In this document: piece after piece, positions 44,463 to 57,643 of the stretch
Layout: the number at the start of each line of letters is the position of its first letter
Numbering within the stretch: the stretch's first letter is position 1
Assembly: GCF_009914755.1 (NCBI RefSeq)
Contig: NC_060930.1
Length of the DNA stretch: 64,000 nucleotides
Source of the DNA: the human T2T-CHM13v2.0 reference genome, Homo sapiens
Reading direction: 5' to 3' (one strand)
Notes under the pieces: generated by a model
The model's input: the letters and a program-made list of their open reading frames with translations, nothing else
Told to the model about the DNA's origin: nothing
Database searches by the model: none
Position numbers and translations under genes: made by a program

Positions 44463-44614
44463 CTTACAGATATTGTTCAGGATGTCATAAAAAGCCATAT
44501 GGCTTTTAGAGTCATACGGCTCTGAAACAGTTCAGGTTACATAAAAGTTAAAGCCTCAAGAGAGTGTAGATGAAGAAAGGCTTTGTAAGAATTTTAAAAT
44601 ATGTGTTTTCTCTC

Positions 44615-46080
44615 TAAGATCACGAACAAGACAAAGATGTCTACTCTAGCCACTTCTGCTCAACATTATACTAGGGGTTCTATACAGGGCAATTAGGCAA
44701 GGGAAATAAATAAAAGGAAACTAGATTGGAAAAACAGAAGTAAAACTATATCTTACAAATGATATAATCTTGCTTACAGAAATCCTAGGAAATCTACTAA
44801 AAATATTAGAACTAATGAGTTTAGCAAAGCTGCAGGACACAAGATCAATATACAAAAGTCAATTATATTTCTATACACTTGCAATGAGCCATCCAAAAAT
44901 GAAACTAAGAAAACAATTCAATTTCAAGTAGCATAAAAAATAATAAAATACTTATAAATAAGTTTAACAAAAAGAGTACAAACTTATATTCGAAAACTTC
45001 AAAATATTGTAGAAAGAAATTAAAGAAGCTGTCTTAGCTAAGGCTGCTATAACAAAATACTATTACCTCACACTATTTTTAAAAACCATCTCAAAATGAA
45101 TCAAAGACCTAAATGTAAGAGCTAAAACAATACAACTCTTAGAAGAAAACTTAGGGGTACATCTTCATGACCTTTGACTTGGCATTGATTACTTCTATAT
45201 GACAACAAAGCCACAAGCAATAAAAGAAAAAATAGATAAATTAGACTTCATAAAAATCAAAAACTTTGCTTCAAACTTTGCATCAAAGGACATTAACAAG
45301 AAAGTAAAAAAAGACAACCTATAAAACGGGAGAAACAATTTGCAAATCACATATCTGATTCTTATCAGTCTAGTATTTAGAATATCCAATACACTCTTAT
45401 AACCCAACATCAAAAGACAAATAATTAAAATGTGGGCAAACACACTGAATATATATATTTCTGTAAAAAAACAGAAGAATAGCCAATAAGCACATGAGAA
45501 GATGTTCAACATAATTACTTATTAGAGAAAAGCAAATCAAAACCATAATGAGATGCCACTTCACATTCACTGAGATGGCTACTGAAAAAAAAAGAAACAT
45601 AACAAGTGTTGATGAGGATATGGAGAATTGGAATTCTACATTGCTGGTGAGAATGTAAAATAGTCTGATGCTGTGGAGAAGAGTTTGGCAGTCCCTCAAA
45701 ACGTTAAACCTAGAATTACCACATGACCAGCAACTCCACTTGTAGGTATATACCCCACAAAATTGAAACATATCTTCACATAAAAACTTGTACACACAAA
45801 TGCACATAGTGGTCTATTCACAGCAGCCAAAAGGTGTAAACAACTCAAATGCTCCTCAGTGGATTAATGTATAAACAAAATGTAGCATAGCCATACAGTC
45901 GAATACTACTGGGCCACAAAAAAAGAAGGAAGTATTGCTACGTGCTACGACATGAGTGAACTTTGAAAACATGTCAAGTGAAACAGGTCAGTCACAGACA
46001 TATTATGTAATTTCATTTACATGAAATGTACAGAATAGGCAAATCAATATAGACAAATTATATCAATGGTTGCTTAGAGC
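44615..46080 (+). mobile_element. Old L1M (L1MB-like) ORF2 3' part and 3' UTR
   Basis: gacaaagatgtctactctagccactt...aagcacatgagaagatgttcaac...aattaccacatgacccagcaactccact. Confidence 0.8.
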
Positions 46081-46816
46081 CTAGTCTGTGTTTGGGTGGG
46101 CCCATGGGTCAGCTGTTGGCTTTCCTGAGGAATCTGGGAGTGAGGGGCTCTGATTTTCCACCCGAGGAACAAGGCAGAAAGACACTGACCACTGCATTTG
46201 AAGTGGACAAGACCTCTCCATTTTGTTGGACCAGAGGCTACATGCGTGTTTCCCATGGATTAGATGCAGGTCACAGAGGACTGATAGCCAGGCCCAAGGG
46301 ACCACCTAGAAGGGAGAAGGGATATCCACAAAGGGAGATTTGTGTGGAGTGGATCTGTGATGCCAAGGAGATGGGCAGCTGGAAAAACCAAGTGCATTTC
46401 CTGCCTTGTCAGCCTCTTATGCATGAAGAAAAGGGTCTGCTTTCAACACCTACTGGCCCAGGGAGCATGTGGGCAACTGACAATGGGGCCAAACAAGCCA
46501 GAAATTTCCATGCCTGCTTCCCCTCCTTTCTCTCCTGGTCACACCTCAGGAGGGGTCAGAGGTGGGGTCAGCATCCTAGCGGATGAGGAGAAAAGCCAGA
46601 CAGAAGAAAGTGCTCACACCCCTCTCCCTGAAGGAGAAGGTCCGCCTGCAGCTTTGTCCCAGCTGGAGACACAGGGAAGGAGTCTTGTATGTGTATGACA
46701 TTTGACTAGCTAAATTCCATATTTAAATAAATATTTTCAGTTATCTAACTGGGAATGTATGCTTGCTATTTAAAGTGACCACAGTACTTTTTACTACCTA
46801 AGAGGGCTTAACAAGG

Positions 46817-46819
46817 AAA

Positions 46820-46857
<38 letters not shown>
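46817..46857. repeat. (AAAT)10 microsatellite
   Basis: Direct reading. Confidence 0.95.
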
Positions 46858-46858
<1 letters not shown>

Positions 46859-46988
46859 GAGTGTGGGGTATAGTGGGGGTGGGATAACCTAGATTTAAAA
46901 TTCTTTCTTCACTGAGCAGGTTTGAAGGGAAAAGGTAAACCCTTTGCATCCTCACTTAATTTTCTGAATTTGTTCAAAAGTTATTGGA

Positions 46989-47122
46989 GGCCAGGTGCAG
47001 TGGCTCACATCTGAAATTCCAGCACTTTAGGAGGCCAAGGTGGACGCATCACTTGAGCCCAGGAGTCAAGACCAGCCTGGGAAACATAGCTAAACCCCAT
47101 CTCTACTTTAAAAAAAAAAAAA
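46989..47122 (+). mobile_element. FLAM / Alu left monomer
   Basis: Monomer with A tail; TSD aaaagttattgg. Confidence 0.85.
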
Positions 47123-47228
47123 GTTATTGGGATAGGGTAGGGAAATAATAAGCAAGGTAGGCTGCCTCACTGCAGGGCCAGATTAAGAACAATGATGCCC
47201 TAAACGCAGACCAACCATGTTGCCACCT

Positions 47229-47834
47229 TGAAACCATCCCTATAAACTTTACAAAATTAATCAGAGAAGAAGGGAGGGGGAGAAATGAAAATAACCAAGC
47301 TTGCAGCACATCCAGCACTAATCATGAAGTCAGCTTATTCTCTCCTGCTTTCTCATAGTTGTTTGTTGCCTACTGCCTCAAAATCACGTAGACCTTGTCA
47401 AAAGATTACAGTTTCCCTTAGCTGCTCTGCAGATAACAACTTAAGCATTGTGAAACGTTAAGTTTTCTATTTGAGTTATTCTTTCAGGTCCTGCCTATCT
47501 GTGAAACTACTGTGTCAGTTGGTCTACAGGACCCCACAGTGAGCTGGCTCACCAAAGAATACATCCTGATGGCTTCATCCCCCTTACCCTGACCACTCAG
47601 TAACCTCAGTTTTCTAGCCCTTGCCCTCCAAGACTCCCTTAAAAATCCCAGCACAAGAGTCCTTGGGGGAAAAGGAGTTTCCTCTGGAAATGGAGATCCC
47701 TCTGAGGATTCGCCCAGTCTTCTTGCTTGGTCACCCTGTATTCATTAAATTCTTTCTCTGCTGCAAAACCTATGTGCTGAGTGCATTAGTTTGTTACTGA
47801 GTAGTGGGAATATGAATCTGGTGGTTCTGTAACA
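47229..47834 (+). mobile_element. ERV1 solo LTR (LTR26-like)
   Basis: TG...CA termini (tgaaaccatccctataaac...ctgtaaca); near-TSD acct/ccct. Confidence 0.65.
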
Positions 47835-49184
47835 CCCTTGGCCCTTCCATTTCTTAACATAAAGAGCTTAAGTGTTCCTTAAACAAATCAGCTGACGAGT
47901 TAAATGCTAGCCAGACACAGCCAGCTTTCAGGGAGGCAAAAACCCTCAGAGCATGAGACAGAAACAAATGTTATATCTGATATCACCTTCAAATCAAACT
48001 TTTAAACTTTAGTCACTCACCATGCCAAAGAGCACATTTGAAAAAATTTTAGATTAAATCTAAACAGCAAATAAAGACAATTACAAAAAATGTTACTAAC
48101 ATCATATGACCAGTGAAAGACTTAAGGGCATGACAGCTGGGGGAAAGCTCTGTGGTGCCCTCTTTTCTTGGTGCCCTAAACACAAGCTTATTTTGCTTAA
48201 TGGCTAACCTGGGGATGCTCCAGCAGGACACGGTGTGGGGAGCCACAGTGGCCCAGTGAGAGGTGTTAGAGCCTGTGCAGGGCGAGGATTGTGTTCATGC
48301 AGGAGGACAGCCTGGCATAGGATGCTGAAGCCTGACCAGGTGCAGAGGGTGTCTGAGCTGGGTGACAGCCTCGCCCACTGAAGTGGGTTGAGGAAAGCTT
48401 CTAGGCAAAGTTGTGCAACTTAGCAAAGATGTCCGTGTCCAAGAGATGAGGAAGGTTGCCTTGGTCCAGGAGGTGTGGCCTGTGTCAGGGAATCAGAGCA
48501 TGGGCAGGAAAGGAGAGCATCCACAAGGGGGCATCAGAGTGAGGGGTGTAGGCCTGGGAAAAGAATGAGAAGGATGTCTGGAAATGGGATGATGGTGGCA
48601 CACAAGGGGATTGACAAAGTAAATGCAAACATTAATCCTAATAGGAGCTCACTGCTGGAAAAGAAAGTTAAAAATATGGAAAAGTAGAAAACTTGAAGAA
48701 ACTTTGTATTGGACTGGAATGGATGGAAGTACTGGTGTAAATTCATGGATATCAATAGAAAGATAGGTAGGTAGGTAGGTAGGTAGGTAGATAGATATGT
48801 ATGTATACACATATAGTCCCTAACTTTGTCTACCTAGCAAACCTGAGGGCAGAGGCCCCAGAAGCCATGAACACATCTACCACTGAGATCTTGGTTTCTA
48901 AATACAATTCTCAAACATTAAGAGGAACCAGAGCTTATTAGAGTGAGGACTGATTTCAGGGCTTGGTCAGGGAAAAACTCAAGATGACTCTGGAATTTTG
49001 TTTTGTGCCACAAAGTAAGAAAGTGCTCAAAGAATGATGAAGAACCTCCAACTGGCCAAAATTGAGACAAATTGAGCATCAAAGTAAACAAAAATAGTAA
49101 TATATTATAAATCACTAAATAAAACAAAATTATGAGCTTTACTAAAATAAATAAGTGAATAAATTGAAAGTCTGATGTAGGATG

Positions 49185-49259
49185 AAATATTTACATAGTT
49201 CCAAAGTATGTAAATATTTACATAGTTCCAAAGTATGTAAATATTTACATAGTTCCAAA
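49185..49259. repeat. Perfect 27-bp tandem repeat, 2.8 copies, inside an old L1M fragment
   Basis: Unit aaatatttacatagttccaaagtatgt at 49185, 49212, 49239. Confidence 0.95.
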
Positions 49260-51799
49260 TTAACAAACTACCTGTTGATTTCAATGGGAGAAGGAGTAAC
49301 TTTGCAGAGGCAAAACCTGATAGGCCCCACCTTAATCAAATGAAGAGCCAGAAATGGTACATATCAGCATCATATGACTCCGGTATAATGACCTGAGAAG
49401 AACACAGGGACATCTTTGTGGTATCCCTAACCTGAATTTAATCATGTGAAAACATCAAAGAAACCCACACTGGGGAACTTCTACAAAATAACTAGCCTGC
49501 ACTCTCTAATCATGTCATCAAAGTCAAGGAAAGACTAAGAACAATTCTAGAGTTAAAGAAACTAAAGAGACATGGCAACTAAATGCAACATGAAATTCTG
49601 AAGTGAATCTTTTGGCCGAAAAGAATATCACTGATACAATTGATGAAATGTGAATGAGGTCCCAGAATTACATGGTAGAAATGTATCAGCATTAGTTACC
49701 TGATGTTGACGGTTGTTTTGTGGTTAAGTAGAAAAATGTCCTTGTTTGCAGGATACCCTAAAGTGTGTGAGTGGTGTGGAGATGATGGTGAGGGCATCAT
49801 GCTAGCAACTTACCCTCAAATGGTTAAGGAAAAAAAGCTCTTTGTACTACTCTTAAAAACTTTCCTGTACCTTGAGATTTTTTTCAAGTTAAACAAATAG
49901 GGAAGGTAGGAGATAAAAAATAGAATTGCATTTTGATTACATCCCTTAAGTCATCTTTGTTCAACTCAATGGTTATAATGTTAACAATACTCCATCCGGG
50001 TATTTGGTAAACATCTGATTTAATACCCCAATAGATTAATGAAGCCCAGATCCATGAGTCTGGAAGACGGTGGAGAAGCTCTTACCCCTATTTATGTTCC
50101 GTCCACAACATTATTCACTCGAAGAATTCAGTCCCAGGAAAGTTTTGCTTCCCTCAAAGCAATGTTGTTGATATATTTTTATTAGACAAAGAGCTTCTAT
50201 TTTATTTTTTAATTGCATTTTCTATTTTATTTTTGATACTAAGAAGTTCAGAACTAAATATGATGCTCCATTGCCCCTTCAAACTAATCCCAAGTTCCTT
50301 GTAATATTAACTTTCTTTGATCTAAAAAGTTTTAATATCAGGAATGGAAGTCTGATTTTAATATTAAAAGTATATTTTATTAATAAATCACAACAAAGAA
50401 AAATATGCAATCATCTGAATAGAAGCTACAAACACATTTAACAAAACTCAATTTCTATTCTTGGTTTTTGATTTTCAATCTAAAAAAGAACAAAAAGACA
50501 ATTCATTGACATAATTAAATGCCTATTTTAAATTAACAGCCAATTTATTGTTTAAGAATATGCCTAGAGGCTGTGCAATTAAAGCCATAAAGAATAAAGG
50601 AATCCCAATATTAGCCCATTATTATTGTTATTATTTGCAAATGATGAGGATCATCTACCCGAAAACACAAGAATCTATTATTCAAAACGAAACCAACAAG
50701 ATAGCTTAGCAATAGTTTTTTCAGTTAAAAAATTAAATATATTCAAATGATATCTTTCCAATATTCCTGAAAATACAATGAATAAAAATCAGATTCAGAA
50801 AATATAAGATAACAACCTTAAGTTTTGTAAGAAATGCATAGGAAATGCAGGAAGCAAACTAATACTTGACTGAGGAAAACCTGAAGCCAAGTTCAGCAAT
50901 GGAAGTCTTATCATGTTTTTATATCAGTATTATTGAGTACTATTGATATTGAATATTGACATTGAGTACTGTTATAACTACCAATTTCTCCCCATTGGAT
51001 TTATTGCAATTCAGTGCAACTCTAAAAACACTGCTACAGGTCTTTTTAAATAAGGTCCACTGATTATAAACTTTCCTGGAAGAATAAACAGCTGATACTA
51101 GAAAATAATATTTTCAAAAGTGAAAATGATGTTTTTTTTGACCTGCCTGATATTTACAAATATTAAAATTTAGACCACTGAATATGTTGTAAAATAGGTC
51201 TAGTAATAGATATTAAACTAAAACTAAATATTAAGCCCAGAAATAGACATAAATATACAGAGATTCCTTTTACTAAAAGTTGGTATTTTAAGTCAGAGAG
51301 GAAAACGCAAATTATTTTTTAAAAAACAATGGTGGTAAAATTCAAACACTAGGAAAATGAACCCAAATCTTCACTTAAGCCATGCAATAAACGTCTACAG
51401 ATGAACAAAAGACTATGAATTGTCTAGAAGGAAACACTCTTCTTTCTCTCCTTTTTGGCTCTGCGTGAGCTCACACCTTCTGGATGACTCCAAAGCTGCT
51501 GAATGCTTTAAGTGGTTAACACAGAAAATTTTAAAGGCCTACAGGAGGTTAAAATACTATCACAGTCCTGAAATTCTTTCCTGCCCATTGCCCATGTGGC
51601 TGTGACGATGTCTGAAGGAGAAATAGGCCTGTGAAGTGACCGAGTCCATTTGCAGGTGCAAAGGTGGCGGGAACATTTCCTACTACTTACGTGGCTTCAT
51701 TCTCTGTCTCTGCCTTCAAGGAATAGAGCTGTAGAGTCCATTTCTCTTTACAGACCCAAACACATTCACCTAAATCTATTTACATAGTGAACAAATGTG

Positions 51800-52440
51800 A
51801 ATCCTTCAAGCCAATTCTTCAAGATGGATCCCAGGTGGCTAACTGGGCCTAAGTTCAAAATAGAGCCAAGAAGCAATTTTCTGACCAGGTAGGAGTCACA
51901 CACATACTCTCAGTTCCCTGAAAATCTGCATCCTTTTATATTTGGGACTTCCAGCATTCACCTGAACCAACCAATCAGAGCTCAGCAGCCTCAGTCAATC
52001 AATCAGGGTTCAGCTGTATTGACCAACCAGAACTCATTTTTGCCAGCCAATGAGAAATCAACTACACTCACCAATCACAACTAAACGTGTTTCCATTTTT
52101 TATTTACATAAATGAACCTGCTTAAAAACCTAGGTGGGGCTTCACACGGTGGCTCACGCCTGTAATCCCAGCACTTTGGTAGGCCAAGGCAGGCGAATCA
52201 CTTGAGGTTAGGAGTTCCAGACCAGTCTACAAGTCTTCCACATATTTGGGCTATACATTTGACTCCCTTTAAAATTGTTCTAGCCTGTTTTAACAACTGT
52301 CTGCAAAAGACCCCCATCAGGATCATGCTGACCCAACATCCTTCATTTGCATAAAGGAACTGAATGAGGACCTGAGCAGGAACCTTTGCTATAAAACCAG
52401 AGCCTTCCTTTTGATCTCTGAAACGTTTCAATTTAATGTG
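51800..52440 (+). mobile_element. ERV1-type LTR pieces interrupted by an Alu fragment (52138-52228)
   Basis: aaatccttcaag...ggctaactgggcctaagttcaaaatagagccaag, shared with 53680-54112. Confidence 0.65.
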
Positions 52441-53679
52441 GACAAAATCCTACCCCATCCTCCTCCTTGTCAAGCTTTCCAATCTCGTAATAAACACTCT
52501 TTAGTTGCTAAAGCCAAAATCTAGGTCCTATCCTTGTTTCTTCTCTTTCTGCATAGTTCACAATCTCCCTGCCTTGTCTGGCCTGCTGTACCTCCAGAAC
52601 TCATCTGAATCTGGCTGCTTCTCACCCTCTCCCCTGCCTACATCCTAGTCTGCACTGCCAACATCTCTCACTTGAACCTCTGAAACAGCATCTGTCCTGG
52701 TCTCCCTGCCTCTACTCTTGTTTTCCTAAAGTCCTTCCTCTAGAAGGTGGCAAAAATGATCTTTATAAATCATTGATCAGGAAAGTCACTCTTCTCGAAA
52801 GTATCCAATGGATTTGATTATAGACAGAATTGGATGCAAACCAAGCTTTTGCCATGACCTGGAAGCACTACATTAATCACTTAACCTTAACCACTTACAC
52901 AGTTTATCTCTCTTTACTTATGAGATTGAACCACCCTGCCCTTCATTCTCCCTCTTAGGAATACTGAGCTCACTCCCATCCCAGATTACTTTCCTTGGTT
53001 ATTTTTTATGCTTGGAATACTCTTTCCCAGAGTATGTAAATTCACAGACCCTAGATTAAGAATCCCTGCTTTCTGATATTCATTCAGACAGTAAAGAAAT
53101 ACATTTAAGCACTTTTATAGGTGCTGGGATAGAACAGTGAGAGCTGGGTGCAAGTGAGAACAAATTTTGCCCAGTAGGTGACATTTGTGTTGAGACTTCA
53201 GTGATGAGAAAGAGAGGCACATTATTTTTTATCCTCGGAATACTCACTGACCTCCAGCAAAAACAGCCCTCTTGAACATGCTCCATCGTGTTACCCTATT
53301 TCATGTTCTTTTTAGTATATCGGTGCCTGGAATTATCCTGTTTAAATATAGCTATTTGTTTCCCCCTATCAAAATGTGAAGCTCTTTTAGGCACTGAAGT
53401 CCTGATGATGTTGCTCACTGCTCTATCCCAGCACCTACAAAAGTGCTTAAATATGTTTATTTACTGTCTGAATGAATATTAGATAGCAGGGATTCTTAAT
53501 CCAGGGTCTGTGAATTTACATAGAAAAAAATTACATCTTTATTCCTTAACATCTGACTAAAATTTAACATTTCCTTCCATTATGAATGTAGGTAATACAT
53601 CATAGCAGTGGTAGTACTGAGGACTTAGATATCAATAAAAATCACAGGTATTTTCCTATGACATTACAATTGTGAACTA

Positions 53680-54112
53680 TGAAAGAACAAATCCTTCAAG
53701 TTGGATGCTGATTGGCTAACTGGGCTTAAAATCAAAATAGAGCCAAGCAGTCATTTGCGACTGGAGGTCACACACGCACTTTGAGTTTCCATAAAACCCA
53801 CACACCTTCTTAATTTTGGGAAGTTCATAGCTGCTTGTTCCTGTTTATGTGCCTGAACCAACAAATAGACTGCAGCCTGAGTTGACCAATCAAAATTCAG
53901 CAAGTGTCAACCTCTCAGAACTAAGCAAATCTGAATCATGCATTTGCATAAGTGGACCTGAGTGGGAACCTGGGAGGGAACTTTCTCTATAAACGGTGAA
54001 CTCTCCTTTTGCTCTTTAGACTGCACCTTAAATCTGCCTCTCCTTAGTTCACAAACTGTTCACTAGGATAGCCTCTTTCCTATAAATTTCTCTTCAGAGA
54101 ACTTTTATTCAG
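53680..54112 (+). mobile_element. ERV1-type solo LTR inserted in a hAT/Charlie-like element (~53487-54258)
   Basis: ggctaactgggcttaaaatcaaaatagagccaag, CCAAT, ATTTGCAT, TATA; flanks start cagggattcttaatcc. Confidence 0.6.
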
Positions 54113-56244
54113 ACTAAAGCATTAATAAAAATCATGTTATCATAAACATACTTTTTAGTATCTTGATAACTATTTCAACATAATCAGTCTCCTTTAGAAT
54201 CCTCTGCATTATATTCTGAGTTGTGGTTCATTACACAAGAGATTGAGAAGCCCCACTGTAAAGGAACTACCACAAGCACAATGCATGCCCCTTATTCAGC
54301 TATTGTCCCTAGGATCCACTGAAATAAATTTAAAGAAGCAAAAATAGAACATTACAAAACCTAGAGAACTACCTCATACCCAAATCAACAAGGACTATTT
54401 ACTATAATAAGTTCAAAACACTGAGGGCCAAAATAAAGGGTGACATTGGACATCAACTCACAGCTGTCTACTAAACTCATGAACCCGGTACATTCGAAGG
54501 GAAGAGAGGTGGAAAAAGCAGTTCCAGGGCTGCGAAGCAACTTCTTCCTGGGTGAGGCTGGGTAGGAGGCAGGGCATCTGGGAAACAATGGACTTTTGCA
54601 ATCCTGGTATGCCAGGCATATTGGCAATGGCTTCTAGGCTACAGGAGAAACGCAAGGCCATGATTCTGCCTTTTCTTATTTTCTTCTAACTTCTAAAATT
54701 ACAAGGCAAAGTTGTAAGGTAACCCGCTTTGCAGCAGTGTGTCAGTTTGAGAGTGACAGGTAAAATACTGCTGATTCCACAAATAAAATGCCTGTGTGCT
54801 GCTGAATGGCTGACAGCCCTGAGGATACAGGTTGTTGAAGAAACAACCATCAGCACAGCAACACAAACAGCAAGGCCCAGAATACCTCCTGCACTATGGC
54901 ACTATCCATACTGGTGTTCCCAGAGCCCCTCTGCCACTTAGCCTAATATCTAAAATGAGAATTTAAAACCTCCACTGCCAGCCTGATGGAAAGATGCCAA
55001 GGGCAACCAGGTAAACAAAGGAGAATGGAGGAAATTCTACCCACATCATCTTTGGGGAATTACAGGTTTACGTAGAATTAGCCTGAACTAAAGAAAAATA
55101 ATTAGAAACATTGAATGTGATTGATATTTTGGAAGGAGAAAAAAAGCAGAAAAAGAATATAGCATGTAAATAGAAAAAATGAACACATTTTCAAAGAAGA
55201 GTTAGAGAGCATAAGCACAATCAAAATTTAAAATATTCTACAAATCTAAATTGCTAGAGTCAGGCAAGGAGGCAGGAGGAGGAGAAGGACCAAAAAGATA
55301 AGGAGGATTTTTTTTAAGGGAATAGAAAATAAGATGCTAGAAAATGAAGTATATTTTTAATGACAATAACTGCAGTTGGATTGAAGTCATCTATATAAAG
55401 GAGACGGCTCTCAAAGTGGGTGAAATAATTGAACCCAGCTATATGCCCTCTGCAAGAAAAACATTAAATAAAATGGCTCAGTAAGGTGGAATTTAAAGGC
55501 AATGCAAAAGTATTCCAGGGAATCTAAAATAAGCACACACCCACACCCACAATTTAAGGTTGTCATATCAATATCAGAAAGTAAATTAAAAGTAAAAATT
55601 ATGGAATGGGAAGGATTCATAAGTTTATAAAGTCAAAAGTAAATTTCAAATTAAGATATACTTGTCAAAGTCTTTTTGAAATTGTAACATCAGAATATAG
55701 TATTCAATAGTAAATGCCAAAGCAGACATAAAAAGAAAAATGGATAGAAATAATAATGGAAAACTTTGGTATAACTTTCAATATTTAACAGGTCAAATAT
55801 ATACAAAACAAATAAGATTTATGGAATCTGAATAAAGTAAAGTGATTGTTCTCATAGCTGTGCCCCACTCTGTGCCTTGGAAATAGAGGATAAACCTTCG
55901 CTAATGTCTATGGGATATTTTCTAGTGCTGTTATATGCTTATTTATAAGGACAATCTCAGATATTTCTACATTAAAATATTCAGATAAGCTTTTGTATTT
56001 TTAAACTGCTGGTTATATTCCACTCACTTAAACAAAATGTATTAACTAAGGCTGTATTGACAAACATGCTTAATTCCATATCCAGATTTTTGCCATTTCT
56101 AAATCAACAATCTTGAGTTATGCTTGCATCTTGGCAAATTTTTGTGAGTACACCATTATGGGAATTTTTAGTACTTGCAATACTAGATCGATTTAATACC
56201 GACTCAATTTCATTTTTGAGTGACGCTATCAATTTTCCTCCTTT

Positions 56245-56400
56245 AGCTGGGTGTAGTGTTGCATGCCTATAGTCCCAGCTACCCAGGAGGCTGAGGCACG
56301 AGGATTACTTGAGCCCAGGGGATTGAGACTGCAGTAAGTTATGATTGTGCTACTGTACTCCAGCCTGGGCAACAGAGTGAGATCCTATTTTTTAAAAAAA
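56245..56400 (+). mobile_element. FRAM / Alu right arm
   Basis: agctgggtgtagtg...cagcctgggcaacagagtgaga. Confidence 0.8.
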
Positions 56401-57396
56401 TTTTTCTTCAAACTTCATTTGGATCATTTCTTCCAATAAATTTGTTAACTGGCTATTTTTGTTTAAGGTGACAAATTTATTTATTAATAAATTTTCCAGG
56501 AAACTTACTGAATTAATTATTGTTTGTATAGTTTTCCAGTCAACCCACTTGGATTTTCTAAGTAGACAACCATATCATCTGCTCATAATGATAATTTTAC
56601 CTTCTTTACCAATATGTATTTTCTTCATTTCCTTGTCTCTCAGCCCCTCTCTCTTAACTGAGAACCTCATTGCTTATCGCACAGATGAGATGCCAACCTA
56701 TATACTAACCCATCACATATACAACACTGCCTTCTCTCTGCCACTGTGGATAAGCTCTAGGTTTCTACCCAAGGCCAACCCTGGCTGTGGTGCTTGAATT
56801 TCATCCCTTCCAGATGAGTCAAGTACTTTTTAATTCTGTCATTGTGCCTTATCTCCTACATTGTGGAACCTCATTATTGAATTATACCATCACCTTATAT
56901 GCTATTGCATGTATCTTCTGAAACAAACAAAAAACAAACAAACAAAACCCTCCTTGGTTTTACATCCCTTTACAGCTACCACACCATTTCTCTAATTTGC
57001 TTTATAGGAATGCCTATCCTGGCTGTCTCAGTTTCCTCAGCCTGTATTCTCTCTCTCTTGATTTCTCTTTTCATACTATAAAATAAAACACAGAGACACA
57101 GAAAATTGCACAAATATTTGGCTCAATGAATTATTATAGGATAAATGTTTGTAATCACTAGCCTGGACATGAAAAATAGAATATTGCCAGGATTCCCAAA
57201 GTTCTTCAAATGGTCACTCCCTGCCCCTAAAAGTAACAACTTCTTTGACATTTATAATAATAATCTATTTTTCTGTATTTCTTTATAGACTTATCACCCA
57301 CATGTATACCTTTATAGTGTTTCATTTTGCCAATATTTAAAAATCTGTTATGTCATTTAAGTTCTTTCTAATCTAGAGCATCCATTTCTACCCCAG

Positions 57397-57643
57397 TTTT
57401 TTTTTTTTGAGATGGAGTCTTGCTCTGTCACCCAGGCTAAAGTGCAGTGATCTCGGCTCAATGCAACCTCTGCCTCCTGAGTTCAAGAGATTCTCCTGCC
57501 TCAGCCTCCTAAATAACTGGGATTACAGGTGCCCACCACCGCGCCTGGCTAATTTTTGTATGTTTAGTAGAGCCGGGGTTTCACCATCTTGGCCAGGCTG
57601 GTCTTGAACTCCTGACCTCATGATCCACCCGCCTCGTCCTCCC
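57397..57643 (-). mobile_element. AluS, 5'-truncated
   Basis: T tail followed by reverse Alu. Confidence 0.88.

Noticed and set aside
49185-49259. CRISPR-like array
   Set aside because: Head-to-tail repeat with no unique spacers, in a eukaryotic context.
51800-54112. Two same-orientation related LTRs as one provirus
   Set aside because: The intervening DNA is L2/hAT-like rather than retroviral internal sequence, and the LTRs differ substantially.
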